Origin: Welwitschia mirabilis
Taxonomy: Eukaryota
Direction of reading: 5' to 3'
Assembly (NCBI GenBank): GCA_051453625.1
Contig: JBOZIK010000001.1
Coordinates: forward strand, 49,725,339-49,789,338
Length of the DNA stretch: 64,000 nucleotides
The notes below the pieces were generated by a model. The model was not told the DNA's origin, ran no database searches, and was given only the letters and a program-made list of their open reading frames with translations. Shown piece after piece: positions 12,141-26,844 of this stretch. The translations under genes and the position numbers were made by a program. Positions within the stretch are counted from its first letter, which is position 1. Every line of letters begins with the position of its first letter.

Positions 12141-15100
12141 AATGCTAGTAAAAATTCTAAAGTATTAATGTCTACTAATCAAGAATGATTTATCATTAAA
12201 TTTATCTGTACTATATTATACTTTGTCAATTTTGTTTTATTTTTAATATAAGGATGATAATATAGAAGTACAAAGAACCTACTTATTCATAAGCATAATT
12301 TATGTCATTAAAAAGAACTTGAGATTATCATCTGCCCCCACATAGTTACTCTCCTCTATGCTCTAATTATGTTTGACCTTCATCCTTGAAGTCTTATCCT
12401 GATCAAGCTTCTCTCTAAGATACAAAAAAGATTTTATCTTTAGTTTTTATATTCTATACTCTACTCCTTAATACTATCATTATGATATTTAAATNNNNNN
12501 NNNNNNNNNNNNNNNNNNNNNNNNNNNNNNNNNNNNNNNNNNNNNNNNNNNNNNNNNNNNNNNNNNNNNNNNNNNNNNNNNNNNNNNNNNNNNNTGCATT
12601 AAAGAGCTTACTTATAAAGACAAGTACACCATTAGCACTTCACTAGGATTTTCAAATCCCCTTAGGTGTAGGACCACAATGTACATACAAACATTATGAA
12701 CGATGTTTTCTCTACTTCATAAGTAGGATAAAAGTAAATGTAGGTCAAGGATTTATACGTGTTATTACTCTAATTAAAGGCTATTAGTATCATAAAACCC
12801 ATAATGCAAAGTAAGTAGATTGTAATATAAATATTTCAAGGTATTTAGCAAATACATTACAGTGTAATCGAGGAATAGTACATAGTGACAAGATGAGCCT
12901 CAAATCTCAATCCAATTTATTCATGTAACATCACATTTAGAAGAAGTATAATTGTGGTGAGACCATATAACTATTTAGTTTGCACCAAGGTGGAGTCGAA
13001 TAAGTGTGAGTCTATTGCACCTTGTGTGACACAACTAAGTACATTGATCTAAGTTATTTTTCCTTTAATAATGCTAATAAAAATTCTAAAGTATTAATGT
13101 CTACTCATCAAGAATGCTTTATCATTAAATTTATCTTTAGTATCTTATACTTTATCAACTTTTTTATTTTCAATATAAGGATGATAATATAAAAGTATAA
13201 AAGAACCTACTTATTCATAGGTATAATTTATGTCATTGATAAGAACTTGAGATTATCATCTGTTCCCACATAGTTACTCCTCTCTATGCTCTAATTATGT
13301 TCGACCTTCATTCTTGAAGTCGTATCCCCATCAAGCTCCTCTATAAGATACAAAAAGGGTTTCGTCATTAGTTTTTATATTCTATACTCTACTCCTTAAT
13401 ACTATCATTATGATATTTAAATTTTATTTTTTATTATTATTANNNNNNNNNNNNNNNNNNNNNNNNNNNNNNNNNNNNNNNNNNNNNNNNNNNNNNNNNN
13501 NNNNNNNNNNNNNNNNNNNNNNNNNNNNNNNNNNNNNNNNNNACAAAAAAGATTTTATCTTTAGTTTTTATATTCTATACTCTACTCCTTAATACTATCA
13601 TTATGATATTTAAATTTTATTTTTTATTATTATTAATCATTTTTAGTAAGTTTTAATAGCAAGTTTGAATGTTGTGTCACGAATTTGAAAGATACTCATT
13701 TTGAGACATAGTCAATTTAGAATTCAAATATTTCTAGATTTGGAAACTTCTACATGTAAAAATTAACATTGAATGTCTTGCATTTACATTTATAAGTTTT
13801 TATTTACATTTAGAAGTTAGCATTTAGAAACCTGCATTCTGCATTTAGGATTTTACAGTTAGCATTTAGAATTCTACATTCAAGATCTAGAATCTACAAT
13901 TTAAATTTCTAAGATTCTTGAATCCAGCATAGTGAAGTGGATCCAACATCTAATGTTCAAGCTTTAGATTTCAAAAAACTATGACCAAAAGCCAAATCCT
14001 AAATTTACATGTCAATGTATCAAATATTTTAAAAATTTCAAATATTTTTCAATCATTTTAAGATTCTCTCTAACCACTCATAACTCTTGGATAAAATATC
14101 AGGAACATCTCCTAAATGTAAATAAATTTGTAAGAATATGTATTAATACATTTATTCCAATTTAGAGTTCATTTCATCTATTAATACCCCCATTCCCATA
14201 GTCTTGAGGGTATAATTTTAGAAGACATCTCAAAAATCAAATATCCAAAGTCATAAAATTTACTAAAAACTAAAGGAAAATTACCAATCTAAGGATCCCA
14301 TTGTTAGCCACTACATCAAGTCATTCTTCCATGTCTAATTCACCATTTATCATGTCAGTTGAAATTTGGATGTTAATGTATTCAAGTCTTTATTTTTTAA
14401 AAATTCATAGATTTTGAACTATCATATCCCTTTTTTAAATTATATTACTTTTTGCTCCTTTTATTTTCAATTTGTTTAATATCTAAACCTTAACATGCAT
14501 CTTAGTTAAATTTTTTCAAAATAGGCGTTTTGAGTTTTTATAATTTGAATCACTATTTTCATAATTATTGCATTCAAAGTCCTTCTATTTTATACTTCCT
14601 AAATTAGGTTTATTTATTTTTTCAAATATCAAAATACAATTTATTTTATCATATTTACAATTTTGTGAATTTATATCTAAATTCCATGTCATAAAATCAT
14701 TCACTTATGAATATCAAATGTTTGGACTTTTTTATTGTAAACTTTTACATTCATATTTTCTATAATCTTGAATTCTGAATTTCTAGATTCAAAATTGTTA
14801 CATTGAAAATTCCCTAATTTATAAATTTTGAACTATATTCATAATCTTTGTAAACCATCCAAATTCTAGAACTAGTTACATAAGTAATTTTAGCATGTCA
14901 TATTAAATAACACTTAGTTCAAAAGTTAGTCACTAGTTATTGCTAAAAAGTGCATCAATANNNNNNNNNNNNNNNNNNNNNNNNNNNNNNNNNNNNNNNN
15001 NNNNNNNNNNNNNNNNNNNNNNNNNNNNNNNNNNNNNNNNNNNNNNNNNNNNNNNNNNNNATAGTCAATTTAGAATTCAAATATTTCTAGATTTGGAAAC

Positions 15101-16244
15101 TTCTACATGTAAAAATTAACATTGAATGTCTTGCATTCACATTTATAAGTTTTTATTTACATTTAGAAGTCAACATTTAGAAACTTGCATTCTGCATTTA
15201 GGATTTTACATTTAGCATTTAGAATTCTACATTCAATATCTAGAATCTACAATTTAAATTTCTAAGATTCTTGAATCTAGCATGGTGAAGTGAATCCAAC
15301 ATCTAATGTTCAAGCTTTAGACTTCAAAAAACTATGACCAAAAGCCAAATCCTAAATTTACATGTTAATGTATCAAATATTTTAAAATTTTCAAATATTC
15401 TTCAATCATTTTAAGATTCTCTCTAATCACTCATAACTCTTGAATAAAATATTAGAAACATCTCCTAAATGTGAATAAATTTGTAAGAATATGTATTAAT
15501 ACATTTATTCAAATTAGAGTTTATTTCATCTATTAATACCCCCATTTCCCTAGTCTTGAGGTATAATTTTAGAAGACATCTGAAAAATCAAATATCAAAA
15601 GTCATAAAATTTGCTAAAAACTAAAGGAAAATTACCAATCTAGGGATCCTATTGTCATCCATCACATCAAGTCATTCTTCCATGTCTAATTCACCTTTAT
15701 CATGTAAGTTAAAATTTGGATGTTAATGTATGAAAGTCTTTGTTTTTTGAAAATTCATAGATTTTGAACTATCATATCCCTTTTTTAAATTATATTACAT
15801 TTTGTTCCTTTTATTTTCAATTTGTTTAATATCTAAACTTTAACATGCATCTTAGTTAAATTTTTTCAAAATAGGCATTTTGAGTTTTTATAATTTGAAT
15901 CACTATTTTCATAATTATTGCATTTAAAGTCCTTCTATTTTATACTTCCTAAATTAGTTTTATTTATTTTTCAAATATTAGAATAAGATTTATTTTATCA
16001 TATTTACAATTTCATGAATTTATATCTAAATTCCATGTCATAAAACGATCCACTTATTATACCAAATGTTTAGACTTTTTCATTGTAAACTTTTACATTC
16101 ATATTTTCTGTAATCTTGAATTCTAAATTTCTAGATTCAAAATTGTTACATTGAAAATTCCCTAGTTTATAAACTTTGAACTATATTCATAATCTTTCTA
16201 AACCATCCAAATTCTAGAACTAGTTACATAAGTAATTTTAGCAA

Positions 16245-17640
16245 CAAATGAACATTTTTGTATTCAATTGTTTTATTGCAAAATCTATGCAATGCATTAA
16301 CATAACTAAGTAATCAATAATAGAGTTGGGTTGCTTGAAACTTTCTTAATAAATTACCCTTAAATTCAATTTTTTTCTAATTTCCAATTATTTTTCAAGC
16401 ATAGTACCTATAAACTTAGTAAAGATATTACTTACAACTATCATCTAATAGTCGTTCAGATTGTTTATGTATTCTTTCTTATATAAAATTATTACCTTAC
16501 TAATTTTCCATTACCTATTCAATCCATTTTCAATATTTTCTTTTAATTTTTGATAGATTTCTTTATGGATATTATCCTTATTCATTTAAGTAACTTAGCA
16601 TCTGAATAATTTATATCTATAGCATTTCTAATTGCTAATCTATTAATTCCATCTATGACTTCATTTGGAGTAAAGTGCAAGGGAGCTTGACATAACTTAT
16701 AATAGCCATCATTATCCTTTGAAAAGAGATTAATATAAAATTTTTAGATCTTAGTAAAAAAAAGAAATTAAGCATAAGAGAAGTTCTACGTCAAAATGCT
16801 TTTCAATAATTTTTGGATCCTTTTTTAATCACATATGTATATGTTTCTTATTGCTCTTTCACAAACTGTCTTCTCTTAATTTTGATTAAAATTTTATATC
16901 TTTTAATCATATTTTGTCTTTATTTCTTATTAGCTATTCTAATAATCCATCTAACCTACAAGCATTCACCATCAAAGTAAGACTTTTAAGTACTATGTTT
17001 TTGGGTTTTAGTAACTTGATTAGCTACATAAAGTAGAATTTGCTCAAAACTCTTATTATTCCCTTTGAAACTATACTAATTTTAGACAAGCTCCTTATAT
17101 TTATATTTTACATCTGAAGTTATCCTTTCTAATAAATTACCTTTTTTTTGTTCTTTTTTTATACCCAACTACATGCTAGGGTTTATTGAAAATTCCAAAT
17201 GATGATAACATGATTTTACTAAATCACGTTCTACTCTAAACTCCTTGATATATTTGATATTTTCAATAGATGATAAAAGAAAATTGATATAAGAGTTACC
17301 TTAAGGCCTTATAAATGTAAATGTTGTAGACCTTAAAAACCTAATTAGACAATTACATAGTAAAAAATCTAAAATTTTTTCTTCTATTAAAAATGTTGTC
17401 CTCTTTTATTGATAGGACTATCTTAAGATTTCAATTGAATTAGAAGAATTGCCTATTTGATTAATGATCAATGTTGACTTTTTGATTAATAATCTACATT
17501 GACTTCAACTAGGTTAACTTAAATGATCAATACTAATTAGTGTTGGCAATGCTTATATCCTTGTCCATAAGGTAATACCAATAGATATGACTTGGTTAAT
17601 CCATTGGTGTAAGTAATGAAATCCCATGATAATATAATAA
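16245..17640 (-). pseudogene. Degenerate LINE (RTE-like) AP endonuclease plus N-terminal reverse transcriptase
   Basis: Minus strand: IIMG(D)F..; TFTFIRP*GNSYINFLL...FRVERDLVKSCYH (APE-like); FTPNEVIDGINRLAIRNAIDINYSDAKLLK*; WKISKVIILYKKEYINNLNDY*MIVVSNIFTKFIG; *ESFKQPNSIIDYLVML (start of RT). Confidence 0.65.
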
Positions 17641-17959
17641 ATGTAAGTTTTTAATTTTATAAAAATGAATAAAAAATTTATTATGTATATCTTTTCTGTT
17701 AATTAAAAAATTATGAAATACTTTTTAGTATTTTACTTTTAAAATATTATTAAAACTCTATTATATATAGTAGAAAGATTAATGAATTTTGTTTTAGAAA
17801 TCATTTTAGAATTAGTGAAAGCAAAATATTAAGAAACTAACATTGAGAAGAATGATACAAATACTTTAGAATGTGTAACTTTTGAAATTTGATTACATTT
17901 AAATTTTCAAATGTGCATTAGATAAGGGAAGATAAAATCTTCCATAGATATTTTTATAG

Positions 17960-19560
17960 ACTTTTAAGATTGTAAGGTATTTCTCCTACATCATTTGCTT
18001 TTCTAAGTTATAATACCTTGATATTGTTTTATGCCATTATTTGAAAATGAAATGTAATAATTTTAATGCTTTAATATATCTAGCTTTAGATAAAGACAAA
18101 AACAATAGTTTTAACATGTCATTTAGACTAATGCTGATGCATGCTTTTGAAAGGAGCATTCCTCCTAATTTATGAAGGTTAAAACCCATGCAATTTTGAG
18201 AGGAATTTTGCTTGTAGTATCTAAAAATAATGAACTACTTGGCATAATTCTTAGATTTGTGTTATCAAAAGAAAATCTTGTGTATGTGTCAAACTCAACC
18301 ATAACATATGAGGGAAGTTTGGGAGGTTTCATTTTAAGTAATAATTATGGAATTAGAAATGCCTATGAAATAATTAACTAATAAAACTTTGGACTATACT
18401 TTCATTATCAGTGTCACTCTTACACTATGATATATAAAATTCTCTAATATAAGTTCTTGCTTAGTATCATCATATGTAGTTAGATCTTATGTCTTGCTTA
18501 TAAGACATTGAGCATTTAGTGATTGCAAGTGAACTAAACATTTTGTATTATGATAGTCAACCACATAATTTGAGGAAAGAGATAACCAACATCTTCAAAT
18601 CTATCTCTACCATCAGACATAAAGGAGAGTTATGATCTTATCATTTTTAAATCATAATCCTTACCTCGAGATTTTCTAGCATAATTATTTATTAATACAC
18701 TTATAAACTTTTATTGATTTAGATTATCCTTCATTTATTTATATATTACATCCAAATGTGATAAATATATTAATGATGTTAAAAAACTTCTTGTTTACTC
18801 ATTTCTATTATAAAGTTAACAAACCTTCACTGTTGGTAATTAATCAAGATCACCTATGAAGTAAAGTCAGTCAAATTATGGATACCTCCTGATAATTTTA
18901 TATATATTTCATTATTTAATAGTAAATAGATAAGTAGTATTAGGGAAAATTTGATAAAAAATATAAAAAAAGAATATATAATGATTGAGACACTTGTTTT
19001 CCATTTATAAGATCATAAGTTTAAACATTNNNNNNNNNNNNNNNNNNNNNNNNNNNNNNNNNNNNNNNNNNNNNNNNNNNNNNNNNNNNNNNNNNNNNNN
19101 NNNNNNNNNNNNNNNNNNNNNNNNNNNNNTCATCATATGTAGTTAGGTCTCATGCCTTGCTTATAATACATTGAGCATTTAGTGATAGCAAGTAAAGTAA
19201 ACATTTTTTATTATAATAGTCAACCATGTAATTTGAGGAAAATATATAACCAACATCTTCAAATCTATCTCTACCATCAAACATAAAGGAGAGTTATGAT
19301 CTTACCATTTTGAAATTATAATCCTCACCTTGAGCTTTGCTAGCATAATTGTTCATTAATACATTTCTAAACTTTTATTGATTTATACAATCCTTCATTT
19401 ATTTATAAATTACATCCAAATGTGATAAATATATTAATGATGTTTACAAACTTCTTGTTTACTCATTTCCATTATAAAGTTAACAACCCTTTACTATTGG
19501 TAATTAATCAAGATCACCTATGAAATAAAGCCAGTCAAATTGTGGACACCTCCTGATAAC
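17960..19560 (-). pseudogene. Degenerate PIF1-family (Helitron-type SF1B) DNA helicase, C-terminal part
   Basis: Minus strand: FIGDLD*LPIVKG (motif III, 19518-19492; also 18855-18828), L..IYK*...Q*KFRNVL, LPSYVMVEFDTY (18311-18282), IPLKIAWVLT/HKLGGMLLSKACISI and LSLSKARYIKAL (motif V/VI-like, 18206-18065). No Walker A or Rep domain seen. Confidence 0.7.
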
Positions 19561-22149
19561 TTATATACATTTCATTATTTAATAGTAAATAGATAAGTAG
19601 GATGAGGTAAAAGTTGATGAAAAATATAAAAAAATAATATATAGTGATTGAGATGCTTGTTTTCCATTTATAAGGTCATGAGTTTAAAAATTTATATTTC
19701 TATTTAACATACTATGAGGTCTTGAGTATAATTCAAATCATTGTTTAAGTGATTATGATAACTAGATTTGTAAGTATAATGGAGGTCTAGTTTACAAACT
19801 TTACTTGAGAAATACCATCCAAATAAAAAGAGATATGAATTAAACTTTTTTAAAAAAATTAAAATACTAATTTAGACATAAATGTAAAAGACATCTGATT
19901 TCAAGCCACTAAATAAATAATTTCTTTCTAGATAAATTCCACTCACTTTATGAGTCTAAAATAAAATTAAAAGTACTTAAAATTGAAGAGTTTTAATGCT
20001 TCTTTTAATTATGCCTTTAGTACCTAATTTTAAGTAACTTAGGGTAATAAGTAATTGGTTTCCAGGAAAATTCCACCTACTTTATGTCTGTAAGATGAAA
20101 TTAAAAGTTTTTAAAAGGAGAAGCTTCTAATACTTCCATTGATTATAATTTGATCAAATTATTTTTTAAACAATATTCTTTATTATCTTATAAACTATTT
20201 TGTACTTTTTGTTTATTTATTTATTTCTCTCTCTCTGTCTCTCTCTATGTGCATATATATATAACTATCTATCTTAGATATGATATTAAAAGTTGATTAA
20301 ATAATAATTAACATTTAATTTAAATTTAAATGAATTTATGTTTAATAATACATAATTCATACTATTCAATAATATCTAGTCTCTTCTTTATAATTGTCAA
20401 TGCTTTGTTTATAATTTTTAATAAATTTACACATGAAACTATACTCATAGAAAATATTCCTTAGAAAATGATATTAAAAATATAATTACAATTGTATTTA
20501 ATAACTATAATTTATCATGAATTATATCCAATTCTATCATTAAAATTTATTTGAGTTCTATTGTAAACCCAAATTAGGAATAATTACAAATATGCAATAC
20601 AGAGGGGAAAACACCTAAAAATTTGGTTAAACATTTAATATGCTATATCTAACATAAGAATTTTAACAATAGTCCCAACAATTTTAATCTATAGTAAGCA
20701 AAGCATCTAAAGATCCATTTTCAATTGAAAGTATCACCTACTATCTATTTCTAAATAGTAAAAAGAGAAAAATTTATTAATAACTTTAGACTAAGTTAAC
20801 TAAAGATATTAGAATTATAGTAATCGAACTTTATTTGTAAATCTAAAAAATAAGGCATTATTCCATAACGTTAGTAGAGTAAGTTAACTAAAACAATGTA
20901 GTAATAGTTGAAACTTAGTAAGAAAAACTTGCATTCATTTTTAAGGAATTTTAATAAGAATAGAGATTCCAGGCTAGGTTAACTATAGTCTCTATTTCTG
21001 TTGTCTTTTAGAAGGCTCCTTCTATTTTTAAAATTAATGAGTCTCTCTAGATCCCACTCATTATGGGTTTATTACTATTCATAGACATTCGAGTAAGTAG
21101 AAAAATGTTACATGTTTACACTTGTACTAGGATTATGTAATGATACTTGTGAGTTAACACTTATTTTGAAATTCAAGGAGTGGTTAAGAATAGTTGGCCT
21201 CCTTCATTATTTCCTTTAACTTCTTTTTGATGAACAGACACATGTCCTCTTCATGTAGCCCCTTCTTTACTCTAGTTATCTTATTTTTGATTTGTTGAAA
21301 TGCTTCCTCATCAACCTTCTTATTTATTTTTTGGCTAAATAAAATGTTAAAGTGTAAAAAGATATATGTGTACATTTATAATACTAGTTTACTCTTCCTC
21401 TTATATCATTATAAAGGATAAAAAATAAAAATATATTATACTTTTTTATCTATCTTTGTCTAATTTTTTTAATTTATCAAGATGAAATTATTTAATTATC
21501 AATTGATCTTATAAATTTTAAGGATTTTTAAGCACTAACTTGCTTTAATCAGAATGTGTTCTATGTAGTTAAAGATTGATTTTTCTTTAATTAATTAATA
21601 TTCTTCTACATTTATAAAGGAATAAATTTATATTTTTATCTAGTTTATTAAATTCTAATTCTTCTTATAATTTTTACTAAAGTTATTTCCCACTTGTAAT
21701 TTCTAATGCAAAATAAAAATAATGATTAAATTATAAAACATAGAATAAGAAAATGCCTTTCTCAATGTTTTAATAAAGAAATTATAATTTTGGTTTATAA
21801 TAAATACCTTAAATTGAACTAAAGACTTAGAATATCTGAAATAGACTATTACTATATAATCAAGTTTTATTAAGAAATCCATCAACTAGCTTTTTTCTAA
21901 CACAAAGTTTTTAGACACTTTAGATTTACTCTATATCATTTTTATAGTTGAAAACTTATGCTTTTAGATATAAAAGGATACAATAATAATTTTTCTTTTT
22001 ACAATTCTTTCATGCATACATTTATTCCATTTATAAACTATAGTTTATTAAAGACCCAAACATTTTTAAAAAGAAACCAATTATACTTTTTTATTACTAA
22101 GAATAAGTTTTTAGTTTCTATTCTCACTTTCAAATATACTATTTTACTT

Positions 22150-23630
22150 TTTTAATCATTTGTTCTTAAACTTAAATAATTATAAAACTCATCCAAAACA
22201 TGAAACATCTCTTTTGTACATCAATGTGGCATCATTTACATAAAGAAAAGAATTTACTAGCAAATCACTCGTATTAGTAGAATGATCTATCATAATATTA
22301 TGCATCCATTACTCCAACTCATCAATCAAAATTCTAAACAAGGTATAAAAAAGAGGAAATCCTTGTTTACTCTGATTTCACTCAAAATTTCAAAATACTA
22401 TTTGAAATTAACATCTTCAAATCTAATGATAACTTCTTTATATATTCTTTAAATGCTAGAAAAAATATTTATAGGCATACTTATACTAAAAAGACATGTC
22501 ATAATTTGTTGCAAATTACTAAATCATAATCCCTTCAGAAATCAACAAAGGAAATAAAAATCTTTTTTCATAAGTTTCTTTGTAAAGTCTAAGTGCTAAT
22601 AAAAGGTGACTAAGTGGTTAATTGTAGAATGAATTTGATGAAAAACTAATGATGAAATTGCTCTCATTTTATTTTCTTCTACTCAATTGCAAATTATTTG
22701 TTTAAGTGTTGATTGTGTACTATTCTTTAATTAATTATCTTCAATATTAACCTATAATGCTAGTATCTAATTCACACAAACACATACTAGTATAGGGAGT
22801 CAATCCAATGGAGTATTCTAGAGAGGAATTCTGAGTGCATTTATAAAATTACTTTATTCAAGGAAAAAAAAGATTTTCTGTTTTAATTTCAGAATGATAA
22901 ATAAATAATAATGCAATGATGAATGAAATGCATTAAATTAATGCAAGGATGATATGCAAACCTAAATGCAAGTTCTAATCAATTTTTACCAAATTGTTGT
23001 CACCCAAGTTGGTCTTTATATACTATATCANNNNNNNNNNNNNNNNNNNNNNNNNNNNNNNNNNNNNNNNNNNNNNNNNNNNNNNNNNNNNNNNNNNNNN
23101 NNNNNNNNNNNNNNNNNNNNNNNNNNNNNNAATAATTATAAAACTCATCCAAAGCATGAAACATCTCTTTTGTACCTGTTTTAAATGAAGAAATCAATGT
23201 GGCATCATTTACATGAAACAAAGAATTTACTAGCAAATCATTTGTATTACTAAAGTGATCTATCATAATATTATGCATCCTTTCCTCCAACCCATCAATC
23301 AAAATTCTAAATAAGGTATAAGAAAGAGGAAATCCTTGTTTACTTTGATTTCACTCAAAATTTCAAAATACTATTTAAAATTAAAATCTTCAAATCTAAT
23401 GATAACTTCTTTATATAATTTTTGAATGCTAGAAAAAATATTTATAGGCGTACTCATACTAAAAAGACATGTCATAATTTATTTCAAATTACTAAATCAT
23501 AATCCCTTTAGAAATAAACAAAGAAAATGAAAATCTTTTTTTATAAGTTTCTTTGTAAAGTCTAAGTGCTAATAAAAGGTGACTAAGCGGTTAATTGTAG
23601 AATGAATTTGATGAAAACTAATGATGAAAT
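22150..23630 (-). other. Protein-like decayed reading frame of unknown identity (possibly retrotransposon gag)
   Basis: ...KLYKEVIIRFEDFNFK*YFEILSEIKVNKDFLFLIP/ILIDGLEERMHNIMIDHFSNTNDLLVNSLFHVNDATLISSFKTGTKEMFHALDEFYNY, present in two copies. No diagnostic motif. Confidence 0.3.
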
Positions 23631-26577
23631 TGCTCTCATTTTATTTTCTTATACTCACTTGCAAATTCTTTATTGAAGTGTTGATTGTGTACTTTTATTC
23701 TATAATTAATTATCTTCAATAGTAACCTATAATCTTAGTATCTAATTCACACAAACACATACTAGTATAGAAAGTCAACCCAATTTAGTACTCTAGAGAG
23801 GAATTCTGAGTACATTTGGAAAATTACTTTATTTAAGAAAAAAAGATTTTTTGTTTTAATTTTAGAATGATAAATAAATAATAATGCAATGATGAATGAA
23901 ACATTTAAATTAATGCAAGGATGATATGAAAAACTGTATGCAAGTACTAACCAATTTTTACCAAATTTTTGTCATCCAAGTTGGCCCTCATTAACTATAT
24001 CAAAATTAAAATTAACTTAAATGTAATCAACTTCATTTTAACATAATATATAAAGAATATAAGAGAGAAGATAGCATAAACACAATGATANNNNNNNNNN
24101 TCATAATATTCTTACATTAGCTTAAAAGTAGGCACTCCTCAATGAAGGAATCTCAACCCAACACAACACCAAGGGAAGTTCCTCTCCTAAGCTAGGTGAA
24201 TCTCTTACACAATTGATCTTTAACTCATAATAAGAATAATTAATGCACTAAAGATTCTTATATTGAGGGCTCAAGGCCCTTTAGGGTTGAGATGGTTAGG
24301 AGCCTTTGGCTTGTAGTAGGTGGCATTTATAATTAGGAAATTACAATTTTTGTTGTGGTGGTTATAATTTTTGTCATGTAGCCTTGGTAGGATGGCTAAG
24401 ATTCATTGTTGTATAGTGTTAGGTGGAATCTTCATCTTATTGTATTAGGTGGAGTTTATTATAATGAGTCCAAAACTTAGCCTTTCGATCATGATGCCTC
24501 TACCAACTCATGCTATTACCATATGTCTTCAATGTCACCACCATGTCACTATTATATGTCACTACCACATGTCTCCTATGCCATTGCCACATGTCACATG
24601 CTTTTCTTCAATGCTCCATAATTACTTAGTTTTGATCCAAATTATTTTTAATTCTTTATCTTTAGTTCTCAACATCAAAATTGGTCAATATGAATATTAA
24701 ACTTACAAAAATAGCCTANNNNNNNNNNNNNNNNNNNNNNNNNNNNNNNNNNNNNNNNNNNNNNNNNNNNNNNNNNNNNNNNNNNNNNNNNNNNNNNNNN
24801 NNNNNNNNNNNNNNNNNNTGGTTATAATTTTTGTCATGGAGCCTTAGGAGGATGGATAAGATTCATTGTCATATAGTGTTAGGTAGAATCTTCATCTTAT
24901 TGTATTAGGTGGAGTTTATTATGATGAGTCCAACAGTTGGATCATGATGCCTCTACCAATCGATGCTATTACCATGTTTCTTACATGTCACCACCATGTC
25001 ACTATTACATGTCACTACCACATGTCTCTTATGCTACTGCCACATGTCACATGCTTTTTTTAAATGCTCCATAATTACTTAGTTTTAATTCAAATTATTT
25101 TTAATTCTTTATCTTTGGTTCTTAACATCAAAATTGGTCAATTTGAAAATTAAACTTACAAAAAGAGCATGCAAACACACTCTAAATATGATGCTAAATA
25201 TGGCCAATTTGGCTCATAACATTTTTCTTTCTAATATGGTTCTTAAAATCTTATAACAAATATTATTGATAATAATGAGTCTATAATTGTTCAAATCTAC
25301 TTTCTTATATTTTTGAAAGAGAATCATAGATTTTTTAGTCTTTTATTTTTTTGTCTAAGCCTTCATGAAGACTTTTATTTATTTTTTCATATTGCATCAT
25401 AGATAGGACTTTCTCATAATTTAAGAAAATTAATATAAAAACCAAAGCTATTTATCGCTTTAATAATATCAAGGTTTTAAATGGTTTCTACAACTTTATC
25501 AAAATATATAAATGCTAGTATAAGACAATGGAATACAATTTTTTATTCCTTGAAATTAAAAAGACTCTCAAAGAATAAGTTGATTTCCTTAAAGGAAAAT
25601 TTAAAATCCTCTTTCTTACAATTCTAAAATGACAACTCTAATTTTTTTGATTCATTTCTAATTATATGAACAAGTGAATCTTCTTTCTTTTTTATGAGTA
25701 TATTTNNNNNNNNNNNNNNNNNNNNNNNNNNNNNNNNNNNNNNNNNNNNNNNNNNNNNNNNNNNNNNNNNNNNNNNNNNNNNNNNNNNNNNNNNNNNNNN
25801 NNNNNAACATTTTCTTTCTAATCTTTTTTAAAGAGAATCATAGACTTTGAGTCTTTCATTTTTTTGTCTAAGCCTTCATGAAGACTCTTATTTATTTTTT
25901 CATATTGCATCATAGAGAGGACTTTCTTCTAATTTAAGAAAATAAATACAAAAATCAAAGCTATTCATCACTTTAATAATATCGAGGTTTTAACTAGTTT
26001 CTACAACTTTATGAAAATGTATATAAATTCTAGTATAAGACAAAGGAATACACCTTTTCATTCCTTAAAATTAAAAATATTTTTAAAGAAGAATTTAATT
26101 TCTTTAAAGGAAAATTTGAAGTCCTCTTTCTTACAATTCTAAAATGACAACCCTAATGTTTTTGATTCATTTCTAATTATATGAACAAGTGGATCTTCTT
26201 ACTTTTTTATGAGTATATTTTCTAATCTTGACTTAACATCTTGTAAGATTTTCTTACTGCATATTTTTATTTATCTATTTTATTTCAATCTTTAATCTTA
26301 TATTTTTGCATTCTTTATTAAACAATCTTACATTAACTCTTCTTTTTAATGTTTGCATGTGATTTAGATTGATCTAAAAAATTATGAAAAATTAAAATTC
26401 TAAATTAGATGAATACTTTATGAATTAATGTGAAGAAAATCATTGTAACAATTTTCTTGTGCCATATAAAAGTGAACATGTTTAATTCTAAACAAAATCT
26501 TCATGGACATCCATAGTTTAGCATCATAAGAGAAACATTTTTCTTATTTCATTAAAACATTAATTTTATAAATATTA

Positions 26578-26844
26578 AATTCATTAATCATTAGTATAAT
26601 CATCTATTCAACCATTAACTTACTCTTATGTTAAGACCTTAACTTGCCTTTTACCACCTCCTATATGGAAAGCATCACAAATAGAGATATTTCCCTTTTC
26701 TAAAATTTTGAATTCATTAATCATTAGTATAATCATCTATTTAATGATTAACTTACTCCTTATGTTAAGATCTTTATTTGCCTTTTACCAACTCTTATAT
26801 GGAATTCATCACAAATAAAGATATTTCCCTTATGTAAAATTTTA
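26578..26844 (+). repeat. 133-bp tandem duplication
   Basis: aattcattaatcattagtataatcatctatt... starts at 26578 and again at 26711 with no gap between. Confidence 0.85.

Noticed and set aside
11581-13442. Paired LTRs of a tiny element (TRIM-like)
   Set aside because: The two copies are separated by a 100-N gap and fit the window-wide duplicate-contig pattern; no internal PBS or PPT lies between them.
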